From Candidatus Altimarinota bacterium (lineage in GTDB: Bacteria > Patescibacteriota > Gracilibacteria > UBA1369), in contig OY782391.1 in NCBI GenBank assembly GCA_963677745.1, forward strand, positions 800,001-864,000: a stretch of 64,000 nt of DNA, given 5' to 3'. A model generated the notes under the pieces. The model was given only the letters and a program-made list of their open reading frames with translations, had not been told where the DNA came from and searched no databases. Below, one piece after another: positions 19,901 to 28,523 of this stretch. The position numbers and the translations under genes are program-made. Position 1 is the first letter of the stretch. Each line of letters begins with the position of its first letter.

Positions 19901-22808
19901 GCAGCAGGCAGAACAAAAACTGCAACAGGCGCAGCAGCAATTACAGGCTTTCCCTCCGGAACGGACTTCCAATGCCAGACAGTATCGAGCCGCCCGCGAA
20001 CAGATCGACCAGATTGCCGAAATTCAGAAACAGCGGGCCGCCCTCAATGACCAATACCTTGCCAGTCCCCATCAGAGCCCCGATATCGCCCGTCTGGACA
20101 GCGATATTTTGGAGGCCCGGCGCGCCACCGCCACCGATTCAAGAATTGGTACCTCCTATAGTAACACTCCCAAATTCGCCGAGGAATTTGTTAAGAAATA
20201 TGAACAGGCCTTGGCGGCGGGTGACGATCTGGCCAGACAGCAGTTGATTCGCGATTCGCTGGGCGGTGTACACCATGGAGGACCGCTGGAGGAAGTATTG
20301 GAAGGGTTGAAGCTGAAGAGTGAACGCAAGATTCCCCGTGAACCGGAAATGCCGGCAGAATTTCTGGCGCAGCGCGACAAGGTGATGAACATGATGGAGC
20401 ATAATCTGGGCACCGGCAGAGAACTGGAGGTATTGGATAGGCTGAAAAAGACTCCCCAATACGCCAATGCTGCCCAGTATTTGGACTGGATGCAGGATGT
20501 TTATCTTAGGCCGGGTATCTCCCCCGCCGACGCCCGCAGCATCATCCGCACCGATGCCGCCACCTTCAGAAAAGCACTTTTGGATAACCACAAAACCAGT
20601 ATTGCCAAAGTCGACCAGTACCGCCAGCTTCTGGCAGAGGGCGATCGCGCCAGGATTGAACAGTTTACTAAAGAATGTCCTGAAAGCTGGGGCAAGGCTC
20701 TGGAGCAGATACGCGAAAGAAACACCTTTATCAACAGAAACAAAGAATTGGCGCATCAAATGTCCGCCCAAAAAATCAAAGCGGAACTGCCGCAGGTTAT
20801 CACCGACAGTCTCACTACCCGTGAGGCTGCCGATGCCGTTGCCAAACGTTACTCCCGGGAAACTTCACCCACCACGGGTACCGGCCGTCTGGAAATGGAA
20901 ACCAGAACTTTGCAACAGGGGCAGTGCAAGGTAGTACTGATGCCTGATGGTGAGGTAAGGATTTTCAATGCTCAAAACGAGCTGATTCCAACCGGCAAAG
21001 AAGCCGCCAAACTGCAGAAGAATCTCAAAATCAAAAAGACCACCAAAGCGGAGGAACTGGCCGACAATCTCTACGGCAAAAAAGTCGACCGCCCGGCTTC
21101 CCTTCCCGGCGGCGATCCGGTCTTTATTGCCGACGATCTGGTACTGGAAAACGGCCAGAAATATTCGCTCAAACTGAGCGCCGACAACGAACTGCAATTA
21201 TTTGATTCTACAGGGACACAGGTGCGCGGACCAAAAGCTCAGGCCGCTCCGGCCCCTGCACCCACCGCCGCACCCACCGCGGCTCCCGCAGCAGTTCCCT
21301 CCTCCCCCCTGGTCAAACAATACGAACAAACCCGGGCGACTATTCAGAGTCATGTGGAAAACGACCCGCGGCTCAAAGCAATCAGTGAAAAAAGTGATGC
21401 GGGCGCGCGATTGGCCGAGGCCCATGCCGAGGTCAAAATCAATCTCGACCGTAACGAAAGGGTTTACGAAAAATTATTGGAGAGGGAAAAAGCGGCTGCC
21501 GAGAAACTTCAAAAAACTCCCAACACCGCTGCCCGCGAATTCAAAGCCGCACAGGATGAATTGCAGAAAGCCGCTGACGCCCGCGTCGAATTCGAAAAGA
21601 AACTTTCCACCGAGCGTCAATTTGCTCAGGAACTTGATCAACACCTCCAGACTATCGAAAGCAATCCGCAGGGGCTGGGCGCCGCCGAAATCGAGAAATT
21701 CCACAAGGACCGCTTCAACACCTCTCTCCGGCGGCGCCTGGAGAGCCAGTCCGCCGACGATGTGGCGGAAATGCTGGCCCGTGAAAAACCGCTCGCCGTA
21801 GCGGGACAAAAAGGTTCGCTGGAATTGGGCGAACTGAAATTGAAAGACAAACAAACTTATAAAGTCCGCCTCACGGAAGAGGGCCAATATGAATTAATAA
21901 ATGAAAGCGGGGTTCTGCATACGGCTCCTTCTGCGGCGGCCGTCCCGGCCGCCGCCCCTGCGGGTGGCCGCCTGAACCGGGCTTATGAAAGAGTCAAAGG
22001 AGCCAGAGAGGCCGCCGTTCAAAAAATTGAACAGGCCAAGAAAGCTTTCAGAAACAATCCCGACCGGATTATTGAAATGGAAAAACGCAAAATGCAGCTG
22101 GAGAAAGATCTGGAATCGGCCCAAAAAACCGATCCGAATTCCCCTGCCGCCAGGAGTTATCAGCAGCAGCTTGATGACTTGACCCTGGAGCAGGAAGCTC
22201 TCCTGAAAGAACTGGGAACAGCCAGAGAGGGCATCTGGGGAGCTCGATACGACCGCATGGCCAACCGTTTCAAACAGAACGGCCTGGGTGCCGCCAAAAA
22301 AATTGTCGACGGTTACACGGGAGTACAAAACCGTCTGGAAAAAATGTCCGGCCGGCTGGCTTCTGCTTCCCGGACAGTCTGGGATATCGCCAAGGCTCCT
22401 TTCGAAGGGCTCCGCAATGCATATAACGGCCAGTGGACCATTGCCCGTTCCCCTGCCAATTTGTTTAAAATCACGTTGGCCGCACAGGTCGGCAAACAGG
22501 TGGCCGAACAGTTGGAAAAGGTCCATGAAGTTGCCGGGGATCAACCCGACATAGCTGCTGATTTGCAACAGCTGGCTCAGGAACAATATGAGATCCTGCA
22601 TGGACTGACCGAAGGTGAAGATCCTTCCATTATCGGACTTCCGGCTCCCGATCAATTCACCGCACTTTCGGCGAAAGATAAAATTGCCGTCTTAAATTCC
22701 GCCTATTCACAATTACGGGGAATAGATTCCCTAACGTCCGGCGCCACGGCTGCCCCTTCACCAGCTCCGGCTGCGGGGAGTGACCGTCAACCCGGGCCAG
22801 CCAAATAA
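16926..22808 (+). CDS. Giant (1960 aa) coiled-coil / EF-hand / pre-toxin-like protein
   Basis: Uninterrupted ORF; EF-hand loop DADKDGRISRPE, about 400 aa of coiled coil, Gly/Ala-rich hydrophobic core, repeated beta modules. Confidence 0.9.
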   Translation: MAPGDQQQQQPQLPDPNSPEARERAQKEGAAEKKEDLRAETLSSLQANAKTEVTKSAAELASSGQKDVEGPVISHLQTYFQGNIDRFDADKDGRISRPEADAFRDKMMAKTRELLGGLKKGAEEQKKTAEAVSKVEALSAKEVSDNLNSVKDLPENAGYQESMQQLQAIQMQNTAFQQSVGEQISSIREFGASYQKFQEQQSGWHAWGQVWDAVFNSSKRDQWIAEMNGKLESTKAAANQALSQLEAKNKILTANGQKIQKAIAAERAKAIETRDRQAAEIEAQKGKMGKEVDEKKAKYGELEKAKQGMEGRKKEIIEKQAKNADLKKAWQGTKEEENLNLKQQEYQSSRGEIEEQVKAYELILNDPNVPKEAKDQIQPEYQKALKNQKDVNTGLQVIDLKQKRGQQVDVQMDQGQQAAAKELETAEGHLRRQGETLTSLGTNIQRMEELQLQYATESEQVNTYYNGKVTELDKLSEDISGYVLDSAMGRNQAIGVLRTATESINNLKVEVNSAWNPLNLVQGTFSGVAGWFSDFGKWIDGGMHNAAQESSGVTHVLVQVGQFFTGIVSGASEMVGGLFTMVAHPLDTLKGLGTLVGIDANEGTWTVKTLGEGWKNLFKTLFAFEDFEKGDVGTGLGKIGINVASMFIGVGEVGGAAKVGAAAAKVGSVAAAKTAAAAARIAAIDAAKAAALAGGKVAAGTAVKVGRFTGVGAATWAFAKTLVTEMKPQFAVRAGEDAAVAARLGENATWAATKSVASSAWSGVKAIPSATKNFVVDTLPKAAKSAVKSSAKMAGDLVMFPPKVLYNTGKTIYKLARDGFRPGTSEAVQKAARVSKATRALEEATENGRYVEARQRIDEVISKDTAKGGLAERAAAIDQQIAKTPQINLSEHSRLAMERASVEAEAASRLASTAEGAALADSYVKVRQGSEVLQKEMDDLAAAAGKEAEAVTSNQRYKVDFEEHEALRTQRNSAQHELDRLKKDPASDPALLQQAEQKLQQAQQQLQAFPPERTSNARQYRAAREQIDQIAEIQKQRAALNDQYLASPHQSPDIARLDSDILEARRATATDSRIGTSYSNTPKFAEEFVKKYEQALAAGDDLARQQLIRDSLGGVHHGGPLEEVLEGLKLKSERKIPREPEMPAEFLAQRDKVMNMMEHNLGTGRELEVLDRLKKTPQYANAAQYLDWMQDVYLRPGISPADARSIIRTDAATFRKALLDNHKTSIAKVDQYRQLLAEGDRARIEQFTKECPESWGKALEQIRERNTFINRNKELAHQMSAQKIKAELPQVITDSLTTREAADAVAKRYSRETSPTTGTGRLEMETRTLQQGQCKVVLMPDGEVRIFNAQNELIPTGKEAAKLQKNLKIKKTTKAEELADNLYGKKVDRPASLPGGDPVFIADDLVLENGQKYSLKLSADNELQLFDSTGTQVRGPKAQAAPAPAPTAAPTAAPAAVPSSPLVKQYEQTRATIQSHVENDPRLKAISEKSDAGARLAEAHAEVKINLDRNERVYEKLLEREKAAAEKLQKTPNTAAREFKAAQDELQKAADARVEFEKKLSTERQFAQELDQHLQTIESNPQGLGAAEIEKFHKDRFNTSLRRRLESQSADDVAEMLAREKPLAVAGQKGSLELGELKLKDKQTYKVRLTEEGQYELINESGVLHTAPSAAAVPAAAPAGGRLNRAYERVKGAREAAVQKIEQAKKAFRNNPDRIIEMEKRKMQLEKDLESAQKTDPNSPAARSYQQQLDDLTLEQEALLKELGTAREGIWGARYDRMANRFKQNGLGAAKKIVDGYTGVQNRLEKMSGRLASASRTVWDIAKAPFEGLRNAYNGQWTIARSPANLFKITLAAQVGKQVAEQLEKVHEVAGDQPDIAADLQQLAQEQYEILHGLTEGEDPSIIGLPAPDQFTALSAKDKIAVLNSAYSQLRGIDSLTSGATAAPSPAPAAGSDRQPGPAK

Positions 22809-22816
22809 TTTAAAAA

Positions 22817-23134
22817 ATGAACGAACCAAAATTTACAATTGAAAATCTCCGCAGTCTGATGGCCACTTCACCGGCCTATCAGGGACTGCCGCAGGAACAG
22901 AAGGACAATATCGAAACCTATATCAGACAAAACAATAAAAGGGTTTTGCTCTACGTATACCAACAGCTGCGGGAGGAAGCAGGAGCTCATCAGATCGCCC
23001 GTGAGAGTCTGGCCAAAAAAATTCTGACAGTGAAACCCGCCGATCTGACATCAGTCCGGGAGGACATCAAAACGGATTTCTCCGACTCCCGAAAAACGCA
23101 GTCATCCAGCCCAAAAACTTTAAATGACCTCTAA
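22817..23134 (+). CDS. Small alpha-helical hypothetical protein
   Basis: 105 aa, 8 nt after the giant gene; resembles the N-terminus of the 16405 protein. Confidence 0.75.
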   Translation: MNEPKFTIENLRSLMATSPAYQGLPQEQKDNIETYIRQNNKRVLLYVYQQLREEAGAHQIARESLAKKILTVKPADLTSVREDIKTDFSDSRKTQSSSPKTLNDL

Positions 23135-23138
23135 AACT

Positions 23139-23147
23139 TGCTATAAT
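23139..23147 (+). promoter_or_regulatory. Extended -10 promoter
   Basis: TGCTATAAT upstream of the ATG at 23169. Confidence 0.55.
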
Positions 23148-23168
23148 ATATAGATTAACTATCCGACA

Positions 23169-26100
23169 ATGTTCATTCGCCATCAAAATCAGAATTCCCC
23201 GCTGCAGCCGAACCGACTGGTTTTTCAGAACTATGACATGCCCAGGGCTTCCACGGACAAACTGGATAGTCAGGAATTTGAGAATAAGAAACAGGAAATT
23301 TACCAAAAAAAACTTGACGGATTAAACGTCAAAATCGCCGATCTGGAAAAAGCCGGCAAAGACACCCAGCAAATCAAGGATGAACTGAAAAAAGAAAAAG
23401 AGCAGCTGATCATTGAGAGTATCAATCAGGCCCTGATTGACCTGAAAATCGAGACTCTGGACGATCAGCGCAGACCGGTACAGGCTACCTATGATCTGAT
23501 GATGAAGGACTTTGATCCGCGTATTGCCAGACGCGCCTCAAATTATCGGGACGCCCTCGCGGTCAATTATGAAAAGGATGTTGATAAAGCAGTAGATGAT
23601 TATTTTGCCCAGAAAGGCGCCGCCACCAAGAAAACCCAGGTAGCCCTGGGGGCTCTGCCCGCGCCAACCGAACAGGTTGACCTGAAATCGGCCAATGATG
23701 AGACAGCCAAACTGCAGGAAGTTCTGTCCAAAAGTCAGGAAACCAAATCCAAAGCCGCCGAGGAAAGGGCTGCTCTTTCCCGTGAAGTTAAGCAGAACTA
23801 CCACACCCGCATGGAAATTGCCGACCGCTTGACTGCTCCCGAAGGCGGGATAGTCGACGATTATGACGATGGCTGGACCGGCCCCGAGACTGATTCTACC
23901 GCTTCCACGCGCATGCGCCTCAACGGTTATCTTTACGCCAGCGACATCTTTTATGGAGGCAGTGTCAGTGGAGAAGCAGCAGTCAACGAAGCCATCCAGG
24001 AAGCTGTTCCCCTGTACAAATCCAGTATGTGGGATCACATTTTCAAGAAAACGGATCTGGAAGACGGTCTGGGTTTGCGTTCCTACATCAATGAAGCCAC
24101 CCGTTTTGCCCCGGCCGCCAATAACCGCGTCATTGGAACGATTGCCGGTCTGCTCAAATTCACCGACCGCATTGCCATCGATTCCAAGGAATATCCTTTC
24201 AACAGAAAATACAAGGAATATCTGAACAGTCAGTTTAGTAAACTGAAGAGTTTCAGGGACGAGGAAAAACAAATGGAATTTCTCTATACAATCCGTTCTT
24301 TTCCCGAGTTTATCGGTTCCGATCTGGATTGGAAGGGCTCTTTCGCCCAGGTCCAGGAAAAAACCGATCCCAACCGCGTCGGCGATGATGTTATTGATGA
24401 TTATCGCGAAGCTTCGGAAGGAGACAAGGATAACAAAGATAATAAGGTTCGCAACACCCTCAACGGCTATCTCTATGCCGCCTACGTTTTTGGAGACAAA
24501 GATCAGGTGGCCATGGATAACGAATACAAACGTGCCTACAATATTTACAAACACGATGCCACTTTCGGCACAATTCTCAATTGGGATCATCTCACCAGAA
24601 AATCGCAGGGAACCGACGGCGACGAGGATGGTTTTGATCTGAAAAACTGGCTGGATGAAGCCGCTCCTTACTCCAAATTTGACGATGTCAGGGGATTCAT
24701 TGCCGGTGTCAAAAAAATTGCCTTTGATAAGCTCTCCGACCCTGCCTATACCCAGTACAACAATTATCTGATGGGTATTATCGAAACGCTCAATCCTTCC
24801 CAAAGCCGCGACGCCCAGATGATGACTTTGAGCAGAATCAAATCTCCCGATAAATTCAAGGAATACCAAACCTCCCAGGAACACGAGAATTTGGTTAATA
24901 TGTTGATCGAGGCAACCAGACAGCATAATCAGTTTACTCCGGCTCCCGGCACCAAAGAGATTCTGGCCCTGCCTATGGATCAGCAAAATTCAGACATTCT
25001 GAAAGCTGAGGCCGCCAAAAATAAAATCCAGATGAATTCATTCATCCTGGCCCATTCCGGCAAAGCCCGCAATGATCTGGACAGCAAATTCAAACTGCTC
25101 AAGGATCTCAATTCCAAGCTCCCCGAACCGCTTTATAACACGCAGGAATTGGATCCGCTGGACAAAAATATCCGCAATAATATCGACAGCTTTTTCAAGA
25201 CCGAAACTGTTGTCAAAGAACCTGATTTCTCGGGAGCCGTTTACAAAGGTTATCTGAAGGATCTGTCCGAAGCCGAAGGGGTGTACTACAGCCTGGCCGA
25301 AGAACTGGATGCCAAACTGAAAGAAGTGGACGACCAGTCCAAAGCTCCCCCAAAACCCAATGTCGTCCCTGTCCCCGTTCCCGGACCGGGCGAGACCGAG
25401 CCGAATCCGGAGGCCAAGGAAGAAGATGAGGTGTTATCCAATTGGAAAGAGGCTAAAAATGTTACTCCCGAACTGGGTGATTATGTCGGAGCTCTGATTG
25501 TCGACAGCAGCTCGGATACCGAAAAAGTGGCTGCACGCAATGCCAATGGAGGGGTAATCAAAGAACTGGATAATCGTACCGAAGTGACCAGGACGGAAGA
25601 AGACAAGAAAGTTCCGGGTAAAGAGGTTAAATATCAGGATGCCTCATTAACTTATATTCAGGTGCATCTGGACGGCAAAGCGATCTGGCTGCCGGAACAG
25701 CAGCTTTATAAAAAAGAAGAATACGAAATCCCCGCCGTTCCCGCCACGCCCGAAACTCCCAAAACACCCGAAACTCCCAAGACTCCGGAAAAAAACGCTG
25801 AAGTCCCCCGTTATTCCCCCAGTTATTTTGACGGCCTGTTTGACCGCCTGAAAAAAGAGGTGGCCACGACACCCGGCGGAATCCCCTTTGAATTGGGTTA
25901 TGACGGCATCAATGCCGGCTGCCGCGTTGAAAAGGTCGGCGGCGGTTTTAATCTGAATGTTAATCATGCCGAGGCCGGCTCCTTTGTACTCACTTTCAAA
26001 AGTCTGGACGAAATGCGGGATTATCTGGAGACCCTGCAATTGCGTCAATATATGGCCATAGCTTCCCTCAATAACCGTAAAAACTGGGAACGCCCGAGTT

Positions 26101-26807
26101 GGACGCCCGCCTGGAAGCCCGACATCAAGAAACTGGAAAACAAAGGTCCCAACTCCTTTTTTGCCGAATTGGACTGGCACGGAGGAGGAGCTTTTGATAC
26201 CGGCAACGCCAAAGTTAATCTGGACGTCAATCCGGACGGACGCATTCATTTTTTGATCCGCGCGCCCCATGTCGGTCCCGGAGGGGAAGATCAGCGCGAG
26301 GGGTATGTCAATGACATGGAACAGTTGCAGGAAATGCTCTCACATTGCCGGAACTGGTCCGAAGGCTATCACCGGCTGGAAGGCAGCGATGCTTTTGAAA
26401 CACAAACTACCCGGGAAAAAGTCTTTAGCGAACTGATGAACGGCAGCACTTTTGACAGGCTTTATCCCAAGATCGGTGAAAAATATCTGTTCAATAACTT
26501 CTCCTGGAGCGGTTATGCCCATATGTATCTGAACTGGGATGGAACGTCCAATATCTATGACCGTCACCGGGCCACCGCCAATCCCCTGCTGGAAGTTAAA
26601 TTGAACGCCGACAATACCATCAGCTGGAAACTGGTCAGCCGCACCGGTCCTGACGGCAGTGAAGTGGGGGTAGCCGGACAGGCCAGGGATATTGATGATT
26701 TGGGCAATCGTATTGCCCAGGTCAAGCGCAATCCCAAAGCTGCCATGACTGTTCCCGCCCAAAACCTGGTCAATCTGGGTGGAGCCGGATTCAACCTGTA
26801 TCTTTAG
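23169..26807 (+). CDS. Large (1212 aa) modular repeat protein with SH3b-like domain
   Basis: Two LNGYLYA repeats, Pro-rich linkers, an SH3b-like segment and C-terminal repeats. Confidence 0.88.
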   Translation: MFIRHQNQNSPLQPNRLVFQNYDMPRASTDKLDSQEFENKKQEIYQKKLDGLNVKIADLEKAGKDTQQIKDELKKEKEQLIIESINQALIDLKIETLDDQRRPVQATYDLMMKDFDPRIARRASNYRDALAVNYEKDVDKAVDDYFAQKGAATKKTQVALGALPAPTEQVDLKSANDETAKLQEVLSKSQETKSKAAEERAALSREVKQNYHTRMEIADRLTAPEGGIVDDYDDGWTGPETDSTASTRMRLNGYLYASDIFYGGSVSGEAAVNEAIQEAVPLYKSSMWDHIFKKTDLEDGLGLRSYINEATRFAPAANNRVIGTIAGLLKFTDRIAIDSKEYPFNRKYKEYLNSQFSKLKSFRDEEKQMEFLYTIRSFPEFIGSDLDWKGSFAQVQEKTDPNRVGDDVIDDYREASEGDKDNKDNKVRNTLNGYLYAAYVFGDKDQVAMDNEYKRAYNIYKHDATFGTILNWDHLTRKSQGTDGDEDGFDLKNWLDEAAPYSKFDDVRGFIAGVKKIAFDKLSDPAYTQYNNYLMGIIETLNPSQSRDAQMMTLSRIKSPDKFKEYQTSQEHENLVNMLIEATRQHNQFTPAPGTKEILALPMDQQNSDILKAEAAKNKIQMNSFILAHSGKARNDLDSKFKLLKDLNSKLPEPLYNTQELDPLDKNIRNNIDSFFKTETVVKEPDFSGAVYKGYLKDLSEAEGVYYSLAEELDAKLKEVDDQSKAPPKPNVVPVPVPGPGETEPNPEAKEEDEVLSNWKEAKNVTPELGDYVGALIVDSSSDTEKVAARNANGGVIKELDNRTEVTRTEEDKKVPGKEVKYQDASLTYIQVHLDGKAIWLPEQQLYKKEEYEIPAVPATPETPKTPETPKTPEKNAEVPRYSPSYFDGLFDRLKKEVATTPGGIPFELGYDGINAGCRVEKVGGGFNLNVNHAEAGSFVLTFKSLDEMRDYLETLQLRQYMAIASLNNRKNWERPSWTPAWKPDIKKLENKGPNSFFAELDWHGGGAFDTGNAKVNLDVNPDGRIHFLIRAPHVGPGGEDQREGYVNDMEQLQEMLSHCRNWSEGYHRLEGSDAFETQTTREKVFSELMNGSTFDRLYPKIGEKYLFNNFSWSGYAHMYLNWDGTSNIYDRHRATANPLLEVKLNADNTISWKLVSRTGPDGSEVGVAGQARDIDDLGNRIAQVKRNPKAAMTVPAQNLVNLGGAGFNLYL
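25743..25793 (+). repeat. Degenerate 9/18-bp coding repeat (PETPKT linker)
   Basis: cccgaaactcccaaaacacccgaaactcccaagactccggaa encodes TPETPKTPETPKTPEK. Confidence 0.7.
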
Positions 26808-27889
26808 CGTCCGCTGAACATTTTGCGTAGCCGGATCAGCCAGTACCACAGCGGCTGATAGACTTTTTCCATGCCCGGGAAAAAATCCACTTTCCGTCCC
26901 CCGAATTTCAGTTTGAATTCTGTCACGCCGGCCCAGGCATGTTTCGAATCATAGTTATATTCCCCGTTTTCTTCCGCCAGCGGAGCGGTACCCAGAAAAT
27001 CATACCAGTCCTGGCCGTTCTTTTTAGCCTGTTTTACAGCTTCCCACTGCAGCAGATAGGGGGCCATGACATTGCGGTATTGATTGGCCGATGCTCCAAA
27101 ATAGTAAATGGCAAGGTTCTTGTAAAAAGTTACAATTATCCCTGCAATAAATTTCCCCTCATATTGGGCAAGATATAATTTCACCTGATCTTCTCCGAGC
27201 TTTTCCAGCATTTCCAGATAATAATTGGCCGGATGCCCGGAAAAGCTGTCGCGGCTGGTGGTTTCGGAGAGCAAAGTATAAAACTCCTTTACGGCATCCT
27301 GAAGCGGCAAATCGGTACCAGCCAACAGCACTTGTATGCCCTTTTTTTCGGCCAGTTTGATATTGTAACGGCCTTTCGGTTTCATCTGGGCCAGAATATC
27401 CTTTTCGGTTCCCCTTAAATCCAGCACCAGTGTCTGTTCCGGCTGGTAATGGGCATGGGCGGGTCGGAAACCGGTTTTCTTCCAGTCAAAAATCAGTTGT
27501 CTTCCCAGACCCTCCGGTCCGTGTTTGATCAGACCGGGTTCTACCCTTAAGAAAACCGCATTTTCCCGCTTGCCTAAACTCTGTAATTCTTGTAGAAGCA
27601 CATTTAACCGGTTTTCCGCCGATTTTTCATCATAATCCAGCAAAGGACCCTTGGGAAGATAAAGCCAGCACTTGCCAAAAGGCAGCTTCCTGCGCAAAAC
27701 CAGTGATCCCCCGCTTAAAATACCCTCCCTGAACAGTCCGATTATCCAAAAGCGCCATTCCGTGCCTCTGCCAGCCTGAAATTCCCCCCAACTGCTCAGC
27801 TGATGTAAGTCGGCAAGGCTGTGTGAAGCCACAAAAGCATCCCATTTTGGCCATTCCTCCTCTTTTAAAAGCCTTGCCTGATAGTCCAA
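26804..27889 (-). CDS. FemABX family lipid II peptidyltransferase
   Basis: Q...WG, PKGPLLD, K.RYNIKLAEKKG, PYLLQWE, YDFLG and FKLKFGG motifs. Confidence 0.93.
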   Translation of the reverse strand: MDYQARLLKEEEWPKWDAFVASHSLADLHQLSSWGEFQAGRGTEWRFWIIGLFREGILSGGSLVLRRKLPFGKCWLYLPKGPLLDYDEKSAENRLNVLLQELQSLGKRENAVFLRVEPGLIKHGPEGLGRQLIFDWKKTGFRPAHAHYQPEQTLVLDLRGTEKDILAQMKPKGRYNIKLAEKKGIQVLLAGTDLPLQDAVKEFYTLLSETTSRDSFSGHPANYYLEMLEKLGEDQVKLYLAQYEGKFIAGIIVTFYKNLAIYYFGASANQYRNVMAPYLLQWEAVKQAKKNGQDWYDFLGTAPLAEENGEYNYDSKHAWAGVTEFKLKFGGRKVDFFPGMEKVYQPLWYWLIRLRKMFSGR

Positions 27890-28011
27890 ATGTACTTGAA
27901 ATTAATGAGCACCATGCAGTATAAATAATAAGGATAGCAGCTTGGTAGTTGATTTTTAGCCAATTTATTGCTATCATATAGGGAAATAAGACAATTTAAA
28001 TCAAAATAAAT

Positions 28012-28392
28012 ATGAAAAGTCTCATTCAAAAAGCAAGCCTTGGTTTAACAACCATCGTTGGCAGCGCCCTTTACGGGATCAATGCTGTCATGGCTCAGAC
28101 CGGGTTTGGTGTAGATGCTCCTGAAAGCGTAAAGACCGCTACGGGTGGCGAAACCAGTGTCAGAGCTCTGATTCTGACCATCGTGAACTTCTTCCTGGGC
28201 TTCCTGGGTTTGATCGCCGTATTGATGATTATCTACGGAGGTATCCTGGTAGTTACTTCAGGAGGTGAAGCCGAAAAAGCCAAGAAAGGAAAACAGATTC
28301 TTATGTATGCCGCTATCGGTATCGTAATCATCTTGCTCTCTTTCGCTTTCGTATCAACCATCCTCAGCGCCGGTTCCGGTACAACAGCCTAA
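28012..28392 (+). CDS. CPR-type pilin (TrbC/VirB2-like)
   Basis: Signal peptide, two TMs, IIYGG..VTSGG...KKGK..L.YA.IG motif. Confidence 0.85.
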   Translation: MKSLIQKASLGLTTIVGSALYGINAVMAQTGFGVDAPESVKTATGGETSVRALILTIVNFFLGFLGLIAVLMIIYGGILVVTSGGEAEKAKKGKQILMYAAIGIVIILLSFAFVSTILSAGSGTTA

Positions 28393-28413
28393 ACGGCAGA
28401 AAATTGAGAATAG

Positions 28414-28443
28414 AGCGCCCCGCCGCACGGCGGGGCGCTTTTA
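28414..28443 (+). terminator. Rho-independent terminator
   Basis: agcgccccgccg-ca-cggcggggcgct followed by Ts. Confidence 0.85.
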
Positions 28444-28523
28444 GTATGCGACTTCCGATTACCACGCAATCTATTGACACAATGGGGCTGATTAGTGCAT
28501 AATACTCTCCAAATTTAAAAAAT

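Noticed and set aside
16926-22808. Phage tape-measure protein / prophage
   Set aside because: No capsid, terminase, tail or integrase genes nearby; EF-hand and Pro/Ala linkers are atypical.
23538-24986. 482-aa minus-strand ORF
   Set aside because: Antisense shadow of the 1212-aa gene with no motifs; likewise 18599..19333, 18786..19583 and 21894..22655.
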